Assembly: GCA_951406725.2 (NCBI GenBank)
Contig: OX597825.1
Location: forward strand, 26,536,001 to 26,600,000
Direction: 5' to 3'
Length of the DNA: 64,000 nt
Origin: Octopus vulgaris
Taxonomy: Eukaryota
How positions within the stretch are numbered: position 1 is the first letter of the stretch; each line of letters opens with the position of its first letter. The position numbers were made by a program, and so were the translations under genes. The notes under the pieces are model-generated. The model saw only the letters and a program-made list of their open reading frames with translations, searched no databases and had not been told where the DNA came from. This document shows, in pieces, positions 14,056 through 27,005 of the stretch.

Positions 14056-14625
14056 TAAGGTGGGCTAAAATTAGTACCCCAAAATTATGTTTCTCATTAA
14101 TATTGTCTATTAGATCTGTAGTTTCTTGATGCTTGCTGTTATTATTTCTATATGTCATTGATTTTTTTCTATAAGCCATTGATTATTTGACGTGCTGAAT
14201 TTTGTGAGAGAATGTTGGCAGAAGCCAGAGATTCCAGATGTTTTCATCGATTCATTGTCTCTGATGAAGCGACCTTCCAAGTTTCCAGTCGCATCAACCG
14301 CCATAACTGCTTCTATTATTCGGAAGATGACCCAGAAGTAGTTGAGGAAAAGCACGTCGATTCACCTTCTCTTGTCATTTGGGCGGCGATACCATCTTCA
14401 GGAATGTGTACATTACACGTTCATCGAGAGACGATGACTGGTGATCGTGGCGTCGTGTGCAAAGATTATCTAGCCGTATTTTCGATACCGTCATTCCCAA
14501 GTATTTACGCAAGATAGAGCCCCACCTCATTATGACAAACGTTTAAGAAACTTCCTCGATCAGCACGTACGAAATCGTTGGACTTTCAAAAACGTAAGTT
14601 GGGGCACTAGTGTTGGCCCACCCTG
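14056..14625 (+). mobile_element. Internally deleted IS630-Tc1-mariner transposon, rosa/DD41D-like
   Basis: Imperfect TIRs of about 27 bp (TAAGGTGGGCTAAAATTAGTACCCC / GGGGCACTAGTGTTGGCCCACCCTG) flanked by TA. Peptide SDEATFQVSSRINRHNC..SPSLVIWAAI and, frameshifted, QDRAPPHY..LRNFLDQH..NRW. Confidence 0.85.
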
Positions 14626-14679
14626 TACACACACACACACATATATATATATATACATGGCAATTGTTCGGTTACCATT

Positions 14680-14738
14680 ATAAAACTCCGAATTTCGGAT
14701 GACGGGGCGGAAATGTACTCTGGCATCTCATCAGTTAT
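14680..14738 (-). ncRNA. Candidate type I hammerhead ribozyme
   Basis: Minus strand: AUAA-CUGAUGA-GAUG(22 nt)CAUC-C-GAAA-UUCGGAG-U-U-UUAU. Stem I AUAA/UUAU, stem II GAUG/CAUC, GUU site. Confidence 0.6.
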
Positions 14739-14828
14739 CAAGACAATCAAAAGTGCTATATTACAGATAAATTCCTCTATTTACATAATATCGAGGTCTC
14801 ATTCATTCTTTTGTTGTCATACCATCAC

Positions 14829-14893
<65 letters not shown>

Positions 14894-14896
14894 CAT

Positions 14897-14953
<57 letters not shown>

Positions 14954-15478
14954 ATCTCTATAGATGTTTTTATAAGATTTTGAGCCAGCCCTGAAATTTA
15001 ACTTTTATGTGCGAATAGTCCACGTAAGTAGTGTGAACGAACATAGAAACAATACACAAGAAGGAAACGCACTGCTCACAGATATAAGGACAGGACTTTG
15101 AGTTGTAAACCTTTAATATATTTGGAGTATATTATGATTGCACAACGATACACGGTCTCCTTATAAGTAATTAATATGTACATACCAGATGCCAAGAAAG
15201 AGTCTAATATGTAACTTGGTCAATCTGATAGTGTTGCAACGCTAAACCTGGCGACTAGATAAGCGATGGATTCGTAGGTGGCGAATGGATTGGATGGTTA
15301 TTTCGATATACATCTGTTTCTACTGCTCAAAGTATGGGGAGCTGTACAAACAATCGGACATAATACCATGTTGAGCTTCGTTCAGCAAAGAGAAGACGAA
15401 AAAATCTGTAGATTAATATACGGAAATACAATGCTATGTCTATTTTAGTTTTTGTTTTCTGATTCGCTCTTTGTATTT

Positions 15479-16264
15479 CTGGAAGAAGTTGCAATGGCTG
15501 TCTCAAGGTTGAATAATGGGAAGTCTCCGGGTATGGATGGCATACATGCGGAGTTGTTACAGCATGGTGGTGAGAAAATTCTGCAGAAACTTCACTCTTT
15601 GTTTGGTAAGGTATGGACTAGTGAATCTGTACCTGAAGACTGGAGAGATGCAGTAATGGTGGTCCTGCATAAGGGAAAGGGCAACAGGAATGATTGTGGT
15701 AATTATAGTGGAGTATCATTGCTGTCTGCTGTAGGAAAGTTTTTATGCAGGATATTTCTGGATCGTCTGCTGAAATACATTGCAGATTGTGTTCTTCCAG
15801 AAAGTCAATCTGGCTTCTGTGTGGGACGTGGCACTGCTGATATGATCTTTTCAGCTAGACAGCTTCAGGAAAAGTGTGTGGAACAAGGTCTGGATTTGCA
15901 TCAGGTGTTTGTCGATCTGACAAAGGCCTTTGATCCCGTCAATAGAAAAGCATTGTGGAAGGTCGTCCAGAAACTTAGGTGTCCTGAAAAGTTCCTTGCT
16001 TTGGTTAGGACTTTTCATGAAAACATGAATGGTAGGGTTAATGTTAGAGGGAAGATGTCGGAGCCCATTTCAATACAAAATGGAGTGAAACAGGGGGATA
16101 TTCTGGCACCGACCCTATTTTCCATATATTTCGCGATGGTGTTCTGTATTGCATTCAGAAACTGCAGATACGGTGTTTACGTCCATTATCGAACCTCTGG
16201 CAGCATATTTTATATCAGGCGACTTGCTGCAAAAACAAAGATATTTACCTCTATCATAAGAGAC
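15479..16264 (+). pseudogene. RTE-clade (BovB-like) LINE reverse transcriptase fragment
   Basis: ORF 15452..16288 has KSPGMDGIHAELL, NYSGVSLLS, ESQSGF, FVDLTKAFD and GVKQGDILAPTLF. It is truncated by a (CATA)n tract just before the expected YADD motif. Confidence 0.95.
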
Positions 16265-16309
16265 ATACATACATACATACATACATAAACACATACATAC
16301 ATACATATA

Positions 16310-17309
16310 TGCGAAACGTTTGGCCCTTGCACTGTCTTGAAAAGTACTCGATGTAATTGGTATCCGCGTTTTGATTCTGACAATTGTTGACTGAAGACCA
16401 ACCTCGAGGCGGGGCGCCCAGAAGAGATTGATGATGATGCATTGTTGGACGTCATTAAAGCCCATCCAATGCAAACTGCACGTCAACTTGCGGTACAGTT
16501 TGGCGTCTCCCATGTCACAATCATCAGCCACCTACATCGTCAGCAAGCTTGGAAAATGGGTGCCACCTGAATTGACTGAAGCGAACAAAGAAGCACGTGT
16601 CACTGCATGTCAAAATCTGCTCTTGCGAAGCCGAAGATTTGATTGATTAGAGTCAGTAATTACTATGGCGGAAAAGTGGGTGTTGTACATCAACGTGAAG
16701 CGCACTCGATCCTGGTGTAGCAAAGCTCAACAGCCAACACCTTCGCCAAAATAACCGCTTGTGTAAAAGAAAGTTATGATCTCAATTTTGTGGGATTGCA
16801 GATGTGTGATCATGCTGGATCTTCTCCTACGCAATAACACCGTTGACAATGGTGTCTTCTACGAACAAATCGACTGTCTAAAGATCGTGCTGGCTGAAAA
16901 ATGCTCACATTTGAAGAAGATAATTTACCACCAAGACAATGGGCCAGGACATCGTGTAAAGAAGACGTCTGAAATGCTGAAGGAGGCGGGCTGGGAAATT
17001 ATGGTACACACACTGTATTCTCCTAACCCTGCCCCTTCTGACTATAACTTATTCTCTGCCTTGCAACGCGTGATTGGCGATACAGATTTCGGAAACGAAG
17101 GGGATGTGAAATCATTCGTTTACAAATTTATTGATTCAAACCCACACGATTTCTGGATGAAAGGATTCAAAACCCTGCCTGAAAGATGGCAGAAGGTGAT
17201 CGATGACGAGGGGGATTACATTTTGGATTCATTGTTCTTTGTTGTTTTTTTTTTAATTGTTGATAAAATGATATGTTAAAAGTGTCCATTAACTTCCTTA
17301 TCAAACTGA

Positions 17310-17311
<2 letters not shown>
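16310..17311 (+). mobile_element. 5'-truncated mariner (DD34D) transposase pseudogene with probable 3' TIR
   Basis: HTH region (PRxGRP..IDDDALL), WVPPELT (WVPHEL), HQDNGPGH, YSPNPAPSDYNLF, LPERWQKVI. Stops and frameshifts present; ends in (TA)n at about 17311. Confidence 0.93.
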
Positions 17312-17408
<97 letters not shown>

Positions 17409-17430
17409 ATATATATATATATATATATAT
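17312..17430. repeat. (TA)n microsatellite
   Basis: Visible; one of dozens of (TA)n tracts in the window (e.g. 22866, 23496, 26945, 45328, 51551, 60486). Confidence 0.97.
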
Positions 17431-20400
17431 GTGCATGCAACCATGCATACATATATAATACTTATATATATCAATAATAATAATAAAAACAGTAAGGACT
17501 ATTACGATGTTGCATAGCATTACCTTTAATTCTTTTTATATGTAAAGATTTACATATTCCCATATGTTTAAGGTAATGTATTCAGTATTATCAAACGGAA
17601 TATATCTCTAAATTCTTATCTCATAAGGATATTTTGGGATTTATGTACTAACTGTTTTTGAATAAGTTATTTTGAATACCTGAGAGCAAACCTTAAAGCG
17701 TTTGGAGCAATCCCTTTATATGTATATAAAAATATATATTATATATACACACGTATGTGTGTATATATATGCTACCACTTAAAATACATATCCTGATCCT
17801 TCCCAGTAATACCTATTTCGAACTTTCACACATCCTTTACACGGTTGTCAATTTTATACGCAGAAGAAAGCACACGAAGTGATCCATGAATTACTGCTCA
17901 ACCAGCCGAACGCTTTCTTATCCGGTGGAATAAGCAAGTATATGGACCACGAGAAGTGCATCGAATACCAAGGGAATGTTGACGGGAAAAGGTGTAATTA
18001 TTCAATTTCTGCTTTCGGTTATTATCTACATAAACTGCAGGAATAGCATGTATGTCTAATAAATTAGAGAAACCTGACTTTCGTATCGTTTTTTGACTTA
18101 CCGTCCTACGTAATTCAAGAGAGAGGAGAAGAAAGAGAGAGACACAGCGGGGAGAGAGAGTGAGAGAGTGAATGAGTGAGATTGGGAGTTTGCTTGCTAG
18201 ATATATCACAATATATATGTTTACGTGCATGTATGCATGTATTTCTTTGAAATCGTATTTAGATATCAGTATTGTTTATCATAGCTTATTTCTAAATATA
18301 CCTTGATCCCAAACATCCCCTAATAAATGGTACCCTCTTGTGACCTCGCAACCCATGCAAGAATACGTCATCTTCCAAAGTAGGAACAGTTGGGGGTAGA
18401 TGCAAGACGAATTGTTTTTTCTTTTATTAAAATAACATTAATTCTTCCAGCCATTAACAACGATGAAACTTAGCAAGATTCAGTTTCTACATCAACCGTG
18501 AAATTTGATACACACACACGCAGACGCGCGCACGCACATACATACAGACACACACGCACACACATATTTCCTATAGTCGGAATGGGAGTTAAAGCTATAT
18601 ATAAGGGATTAAGCTAATGGGTCGTGAATTCTAAATCGCTGGAAGTTATTTGTTGCCATCTTGTGGGTGAGATGGATAGAAATTTAAACACCCGATGCTT
18701 GATATAAACAAGTGTTAGGATATAACCACAGGGTTATCTAGAAATGTTATCTAAACAATGTATAAGTATATTCTCTCCAGGTGAAGTGTTAAATATTAAC
18801 CATTTTACATTGAAAAACCGGAATGTTTGCAGTAGACATAAGAGCTACTTGGAATTTGTTTTTTCTTTTTCAGATGCAAGATTTTTACAATGTTTCCGAT
18901 CGTTACTGTATATTATTTATTGTTGATCACCATACAGTAAACATATTACTTATAGCCATTAAAAATTATGATATATATCCGAATGTAAGGTGTTTAACTT
19001 TCGAATAAATATGTTATCGCTATAAAACCGCTCAGAGGATTTGTCTGAATAAGAGTGGTCGGATACATTTAATATATTCAATATATTCCATAATATTTTT
19101 CTTTAGATTTGTAATGCTAATATGTTGTAGTCTACGGCCTTCAGAAAATAGGTTAAATTTCAATATTCCTTTTTCTTTTTATCATTGGTGAATTTAATAA
19201 TTGTTTTGCATCAAATTTTATTTTCATGAAAATTAAATTTGTGATCTTTAGGTTATTGCTTTCTGTGTTATTAGAATTTTCTTTGGTATTTATTAGAATT
19301 ATAAAGTATATATTAATATCACATTGAAGAAAATGTAGAATTATAATATTGATTTCTAGCTTTGGCAGAATCTCATATCTCTCTCTGTAAAACAATCGTT
19401 TAAAGAGACCTCCCCCATTAAAAAGCACGTTCTTATCTAAACAGGGAAGTGCATGTATTTCAAAATGGATTGCTTGAAATAAAGTAACTATGCCACTTTT
19501 CCTGTCTTCAATCTAGAAGCAAAATTCAAAAAATTCCTAAAAAATTTTGAAATTTTGGACATAAATATTTATTTACTCACAATTATGAATAAATACGTAA
19601 AGCAATATTATCCCAATATTCGTGACGGCCTGTATCTTAGTGCAATAGAATATGAAATACTTATTAAAATATAAAATTACGTTTCTGATTTGAGCGTGAA
19701 TTGCATACATGCGGAATCCATTGTGACGTACGCTTTCGGTGTGTAAAGCAATTTGCGAATATAAGATGCTCCTATACAACACCTGCGAAACAAGCATCCA
19801 AATCTACACACGCATACCGAAAATAAAGAACTAGCACAGATTCCCCTTAGGTTATATTGCAAAGAAATAAAATCAAATAGAAAAGATATATTTTCTTCAC
19901 GTCATATTAGAGAAATTTTCATTGCCTAAAGGTAATTTTCCAGGTCTTATCTGACTTTGGTCAACGTAAAATAACATACGAAGAAAAAATAGGCTTCGGT
20001 TATTTGCTTTTTTTAATAAATAGTATTATGTATTATATTTATTTATCATTTTCGCTTTCTTTATATATAAGGTTTCAGTATATCTACTTCATGTACACTA
20101 CAGTCCTGCTTTGTCTCCTTTCTGGTTTTAGCTTAGCTTCGTATTTGCCTTTCTTATTTTCTTTTCTCACATTCTTAAATCTTTCACGCATACGCAAACT
20201 TGTTTATGATTTGCTCTCGTTCTTAAGCTTTAGTCTAAATTATACAAAACACAGATACATAGAGATGCAGGCACTCTTATATATAGAAATAGAGTGTATT
20301 TTAATGTAATTTACGATGAACATGAATGCAGCGTAGGTGATATTACCTAGGATTATCGTGTATCACAGGTATTTCAACAGTGAGAGGCATTCACCAATTA

Positions 20401-21408
20401 TGGGCAGGGAAGCCCGGAGTAGTGCTCAGAATATTCAGGTAGCTGCGCTTCACCAATCCTTATATTATTCAGGACACACAACATCTAGTCCACATTAATT
20501 TGAAGCAACGTCCGCTGTGTTCGTAACCGAATCGATGGCTCATTTTTTATTGGCCTCTGTGATGCTAAGAGTAATTTTTGCTCTGAAGCTAACCGTTTTA
20601 CAAGACATGGACGTCCCACCTTAATGGGAACACACCTCCCTCAACAACCATCGTATTGTTGTGGCATAACCCTAACAATTAGCGTAAAGTCATCCCTTCG
20701 CATGGCTGAGCCTCTACGGTGTTAGTATTGTGACAGTTTACCAAACCATCAGTTGTTGTATGGCATGGATCAGTTTCAAAACTGAGAATTGAACCCAAGA
20801 CTAGCTCTTGCTGCCTCTCTATTGGTTTAGTTATTGTAATACCTGGCACATGATACATCACCTATTTCATATTCTCCCATCGCATATCTTGCAATATTTT
20901 CTATAGTCACATTTCAGATGAAACATTTTTGTTGATATCTATCGCCGGAAACACCACTGTTCCTGCCATTTAGACAAACATGGATGTACACTCTATAGAT
21001 TGAATTGTATGTAATTTGTTGTGATTTCTTTCACATAAATCAATATATAAAACTTTGCGACAAAATTCTCTTCCGAATTGATACTCTTAGTACCTATAAG
21101 GATACAAATAATAGTAAGTAAATATCGGGTCTAAAAGCCGTTGTGGACAGAAGTAGTCAGTGATGCGTGTGCGATTCGAACACATATCTTCTGTGGGCAT
21201 GTAACAAAGCAATTCTTCAAAATTCTCTGTGTCAGCATGGTTGCACACGCATGACTGAAACAGATGACAGAAATACTATACACACATACATACATACATA
21301 CATACATGCATACATACATACATGCATACATACATACAGACAGACATATATACATACATATATACATATATGCATACATACATATATGCATGTATACACA
21401 CACATATT

Positions 21409-21469
<61 letters not shown>

Positions 21470-21472
21470 ATA

Positions 21473-21529
<57 letters not shown>

Positions 21530-21552
21530 ATACATATATAATATTTATTAAA

Positions 21553-21795
21553 GGGCATTACTATACATTAATGCCTCACTCTACGAGAGACTCTTAAAGT
21601 CGAAACTACCATAATAAACACATTTCAGGGAACGCGAGGGAGATGCAACTCTCAAACTGAGCATCTTAAAAACAGATTTTCACGATGTTCGCTTCAAGAG
21701 TTGCATTCCCTCGCGTTCGGTAAAATGCGTTTATCGTGGTAGTTTTAACTTTAATATTCCCTCGTAGCGTGAGGCATTTATGTATAGTATTACCC
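21553..21795. repeat. Long imperfect palindrome (about 100-120 bp arms) next to (TA)n
   Basis: GGGCATTACTATACATTAATGCCTCAC..GAACGCGAGGGA(G)ATGCAACTCT is the reverse complement of AGAGTTGCATTCCCTCGCGTTC..GTGAGGCATTTATGTATAGTATTACCC. Confidence 0.9.
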
Positions 21796-22826
21796 GTAAT
21801 ATTGATAAATATTTAAAGGGAATAATTAATTATTTTTCCCTCCTGAAGTTTTTCACTCTGACTACTTGATAAATTCTTATTAAATTCCATCCTATTTTAA
21901 AATTATATATATATATATATGTAATCTGTAAACTTTTATGAGGTTTTTCACGCTAACTATTTTATAATTTCTTATGAAGATTTTATCCTATTTTTTAATT
22001 TTATATATATATATATCATGTATCTACCTATTTATATGCATATAAATGCAATGTGTATATGGTTTTTATATGATAGATCTGTAGGTATTATTCTATTATT
22101 TTACAATATGCAATTACAGTTTATCGCATTCAAATTCTTTTCTGTAAAATGCAAAAGCAAAACAAAAGCTAATTCATTCATCCAGAATAAATAATTTTCG
22201 GAAAGTCTGCAACTAAGTTATCAAATCAGCACACGAGAATTTACGTTGAGAAACAGTCAATACATATAAATAAAATATTCATTTAGAAAACCAACCTCTG
22301 ATAAACACTAGTAAAATACTCATGATAAATATATTTCTATAAAACAATAACTATTAACTCTAAAAAACTGCTATCAGTTGAATGATTCTTTTCTGCTTGC
22401 TTGTTACAGTCTGATATTTTTGTATACCATACAATTGATAATATGTGTACAAAAAAATCTGTCTACTGCTTTCTTTTTTTACATACAATGCCACATTAAT
22501 TATCAAATCCTAATCCGAATATTCATGGAAATTAACTCAATATGTCAAGATTCTTGTAGTTTTTATTTTCTCTTATTCAATAAAATTCATTAAATTTACC
22601 AGGGACACGACCACTGCGAAAAATCGTACTCTACACAACAAAAGTTACTCACGAGAATGAAAAGAAAAAAGCCTTAGAAGAGTTGAGCAACGAGAAGAAT
22701 AAGACAGCAATATATGGTTTCTGTACATGTGAAACATAGGAGAGAATCATTGAAATAAATGGAAATTTCAAGATTACCACATTTACATGTTCAAACTTCC
22801 ACAGGCAAACATACGCAAACATACAC

Positions 22827-22931
<105 letters not shown>

Positions 22932-23329
22932 CATATACATACACATACGTACTCCGAATATATATATATATATGTGTATATAGTTACAGAACTATGTATA
23001 TTTAATATATATTGCAAACATAAGACAAAAGTTTTATATCTTTTTATGGATATAAACGTGCGCTGAATGAGCTTTCGATCGCATGTTGCGTGTAATTATA
23101 TCTATCTGATTCACGAAAGATACAAAACCAAGAGAAGTAGGAAGGAAATTAAATGCAATCACTTCACTCACAACAACAATGGCTGTGATATTTCTTCTGA
23201 CGGATGGTATAAGGCATTGCTTTGAAGTTTTTATTGTTTTTTGAATTTAAGCATTATAGTATATAGACACACATACACACACACACACACAAACACATAT
23301 ATATATATATATATATATACATATATTTG

Positions 23330-23460
23330 GAATAGTAGACGCAGACAGGTGTGTAAACAACACACTGGTGTATTTGTGTAACGCTTGAGAAGGTGAGAAA
23401 ATATTTTACGTTTCGTGCCTACGCTCTTCAACAGAAAGGAAGAAGAGAAAATAAAAAAAA
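23330..23460. repeat. Microsatellite-embedded element with hammerhead-like motif (same family as 25376-25565)
   Basis: TTTTACGTTTCGTGCCTACGCTCTTCAACAGAAAG is nearly identical to 25470-25504. Confidence 0.75.
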
Positions 23461-23488
23461 TGCTTTAGAGGCTAGCAGTCAATCATTA

Positions 23489-23576
<88 letters not shown>

Positions 23577-23628
23577 CGTTTATATATTTGTGTGCAAGAT
23601 TTTTTATGTGAAGTCGTGTGTTGAAACA

Positions 23629-23893
23629 TATATTGTTATATTTCAGAATGGTCATTTTGCCAGTTTAGCCAATAAAAACACACGCACTATATATTTGGTG
23701 TTACTTTGCTTTAGTGTTATTTATTTTTTACATTAATCTTAATCATATTTCGGCCAGGAGTGTGACGAAAGAACTCTGGTCGAAGATTAAGATTAATGTA
23801 AAAAGTAAATAACACTGGAGCAAAGTAACACCAAATATATAGTGCGTGTGTTTTTATTGGCTAAACTGGCAAAATGACCATTCCGAAATAAAA

Positions 23894-23900
<7 letters not shown>
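23629..23900. repeat. Near-perfect long palindrome (about 125 bp arms, 18 bp spacer) inside (TA)n
   Basis: Arms 23629-23757 and 23776-23900; e.g. GAATGGTCATTTTGCCAGTTTAGCCAATAAAAACACACGCACTATATATTTGGTGTTACTTTGCT occurs exactly inverted. Confidence 0.95.
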
Positions 23901-23931
<31 letters not shown>

Positions 23932-23953
23932 GTATATATATATATATATATAT

Positions 23954-23998
<45 letters not shown>

Positions 23999-24099
23999 AT
24001 TATTAATATTTGAGGGAATAAAATTCAAAACTTACCACGAAAAAAATTCAATTTAAAATACTAAATCAAATTTCACACAATATAATATATATATCAAAA

Positions 24100-24310
24100 A
24101 TTAGAAGAAAACCACCTTTTATCAATTCAAAATGAACAATTAAATTACACCATCTAGAAAATTACATATAATAGAAATATTAACATTAAAATAACAATAA
24201 AATGTCACAGTTTAAGTAAATTGCAAAAAAAAAAATAATAATAACTATATTAGATGTGCAGATGGTGTAATTTAATTGTTCATTTTGAATTGATAAAATA
24301 TGTTTTTTTC

Positions 24311-24315
<5 letters not shown>
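24100..24315. repeat. Inverted repeat with a 39 bp perfect core between microsatellites
   Basis: 24117-24155 is the exact reverse complement of 24260-24298. Confidence 0.92.
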
Positions 24316-24379
<64 letters not shown>

Positions 24380-24410
24380 TTAATATACACACACATATAT
24401 ATACATACAT

Positions 24411-24454
<44 letters not shown>

Positions 24455-25206
24455 GCGCATATGCGGAGATGGAGGCGCATTTCTGCCTATGGCTGCCCGA
24501 GGATATCTGCTTTGTGAGAATGCATTGTTTTGTATTTTTGTATTGGTATTATAGTTCCTAACTTGGTTTATTTTCAGTCATTTGAAAAAAATGTTGATTT
24601 TATTTAACTTTGTGTAAAAAGTATCTCACATTATTTAAGAAAAATTTCTATTCTAATTGAACGTGTAAAGAAGTGGAGTTTCATTGGTGCGTGTAAATGG
24701 CTATGGACAGGATCATCAACTATGCCTATGGAGACGATCACAAATTTTTCACATGATATTTTGCACCTGTTGGAGACGATATACCTTCTACTCCAGTCTG
24801 TGAATGAATAACATCACCACCAACACCAACACTACCACCACAACTACCACTACCACCGCGACTATTAAGAACAACAACAACAACAACAACAACAATACTG
24901 ATATTAATCGTTTCTGCGAATGGCATAAGGGATCATAAGAATATTATTAATCGTGATATATATATATATATAGGTATTATGCATCTATATTTGTGTGTGT
25001 GTGAGTGTGCATGTGTGTATGAGTGCATGCACTGATGTGTGTTTATGTTTGTGTAAGTGTGTGCGTGTGTCTTTGTGAGCAATGATAATCCGAGTGATGA
25101 AAATATATTTTTCACGTCAATGATGAAAAATACAGTAAAACACCTTAATCGATACAGAGCAATGTCTCTTACTGCGATGATAATGAAGAGTAATTTCCTA
25201 TATTTA

Positions 25207-25661
25207 TAGGCACAGGCATGGTTGTGTGGTAATAAGCATGCTCTCAGCCACATGATAACCGGGTTCATTCCCACTGCGTGGCAACTTCGGCTTCTCCTAC
25301 TATAGCCTCGGTGGGCAGCCAAAGCCTTGTGAGTGGCTTTCCAACTAGCAAATCCATATATATATATATAAACATAAAGGGAAAGTTTAAGAAAATAAAC
25401 GAAAGACGAAGGCAGATAGAGTACAAACAAACAAATGTATTAGTATAGCGGTCAGGAATAGAAAAAGTATTTTACGTTTCGAGCCTACGCTCTTCGACAG
25501 AAAGATACACAGAAAAAACAAGGAGAGAAAAAAAATGCGTGTAGGAGCTAACGATCTATCATGGCATATATACACATATACACATACACACACACGCACA
25601 CACACACACATACACACACACATATATATATACATATGTATGTATGAATGTATGTATATAA

Positions 25662-25700
<39 letters not shown>

Positions 25701-25918
25701 TGTGTCTGTATGTTTGTGTATGTGTGTGCGAGTGTGTGTGTCATTGTATCAGAGTTTCTTCCCCGACCATCGCTTAACGGTTCGGCAAAAGAGACCCATA
25801 AAGTAAGTATTAGGCTTACTAAAATAAGTCCTGGTTTGGATGACTTCGACTAAAGGTGGTGCTCCAGCATAACTGCAGCCAAATGACTGAAGCGTGTAAA
25901 TGATTAAAAGAATAAAAG
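25207..25918 (+). mobile_element. SINE family 1, interrupted in its internal microsatellite by another element
   Basis: 5' half 25207-25355; 3' half 25760-25918 (CGGTTCGGCAAAAGAGACC..GGTGCTCCAGCAT..TAAAAGAATAAAAG). Confidence 0.88.
25376..25565. repeat. Insert in the SINE (TA)n tract carrying a hammerhead-like motif on the minus strand
   Basis: Related pieces at 23330-23460, 29322-29351 (AAGGGAACGTTTACGAAAATAAAC) and, inverted and decayed, about 39470-39600. Confidence 0.75.
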
Positions 25919-25959
25919 TGTATAATCTCGCAATTCTTCCACCCTCGGATGGGACTACG

Positions 25960-26262
25960 GATTATTGATCTTTGGCTTGGGGAGTAAAGTGTACTAGAGC
26001 AATAAGAAATGAAGTGTTTTCCATTTCCGTGGTTATTAGTGCAGTTGTTTGCTAAAAGCGCGATAAAGCAGTACTTCACAATAGAATGTTCCCAATACAT
26101 TTTCAAGACGTCGGAAAACATCTTTTTGAAACCACGCGTACCAACTGAGGTTTCCAATAACGTAGATAAAATAATAAGCTATACTTATAACTTTATTCCA
26201 CACAAAATTTCACATTCTGATTTCCCTGCTACTGGACTCAGCCATGTAAGTTTTCTACACTG
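25960..26262 (-). mobile_element. Possible decayed retroviral-type (rve) integrase fragment
   Basis: Minus-strand peptides RKLTWLSPVAGKSECEI, GNGKHFIS and TLYSPSQ resemble integrase motifs (xWxxPxxxKSxxEV, DNGxxFxS, YSPQxNG). Heavily decayed. Confidence 0.3.
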
Positions 26263-26539
26263 AATATCAAAGACCAATGAATGGCTCTCTCTCTCTCTCT
26301 CTCTCTCTCTCTATTGTATATCGAACGATCAGATATAGTAAAGAGATTTTCCAATGTAGCGCCTTCACTGCATCTTGTTTCACACACTTAACGCCATCAG
26401 GGATACAGCAAAGTTACATATACACAGGTACACGCACATACATACACACACACGCGCGCACGCACGCACAAGCACAGACACACACACAAGTACACACGCG
26501 CATTATAGACATACACACAAGCACACACACGCTTACATA

Positions 26540-26674
26540 TATACATTAATTTATATATATGTATATACATATACATATATATACACATTCATGTGTGTAT
26601 ATATATATATGTATATACATGTATACATATATATATATATATATATACACATTCATGTACATAAATACATATAC

Positions 26675-26705
<31 letters not shown>

Positions 26706-26726
26706 CATATACATTCATATACATAT

Positions 26727-26758
<32 letters not shown>

Positions 26759-26936
26759 GCATCCATGTATATATATATATATGTATATACATATACACAT
26801 ATATATACATTTATGTATATATATATGTATATACATATATACATATATATATACGTGTACATACATATATACATATATACAGATGCATGTACATATACAT
26901 ACATATGCATACATATAAATATACACACATATATAC

Positions 26937-27002
<66 letters not shown>
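26540..27002. repeat. Compound (TA)/(CA) microsatellite with higher-order duplicated units
   Basis: Visible; similar tracts at 28200-28350 and 28975-29320. Confidence 0.95.

Positions 27003-27005
<3 letters not shown>

Noticed and set aside
20679-20960. YHVPG peptide suggestive of an LTR-retrotransposon RNase H end
   Set aside because: Too short and decayed; no LTRs or other pol motifs seen.
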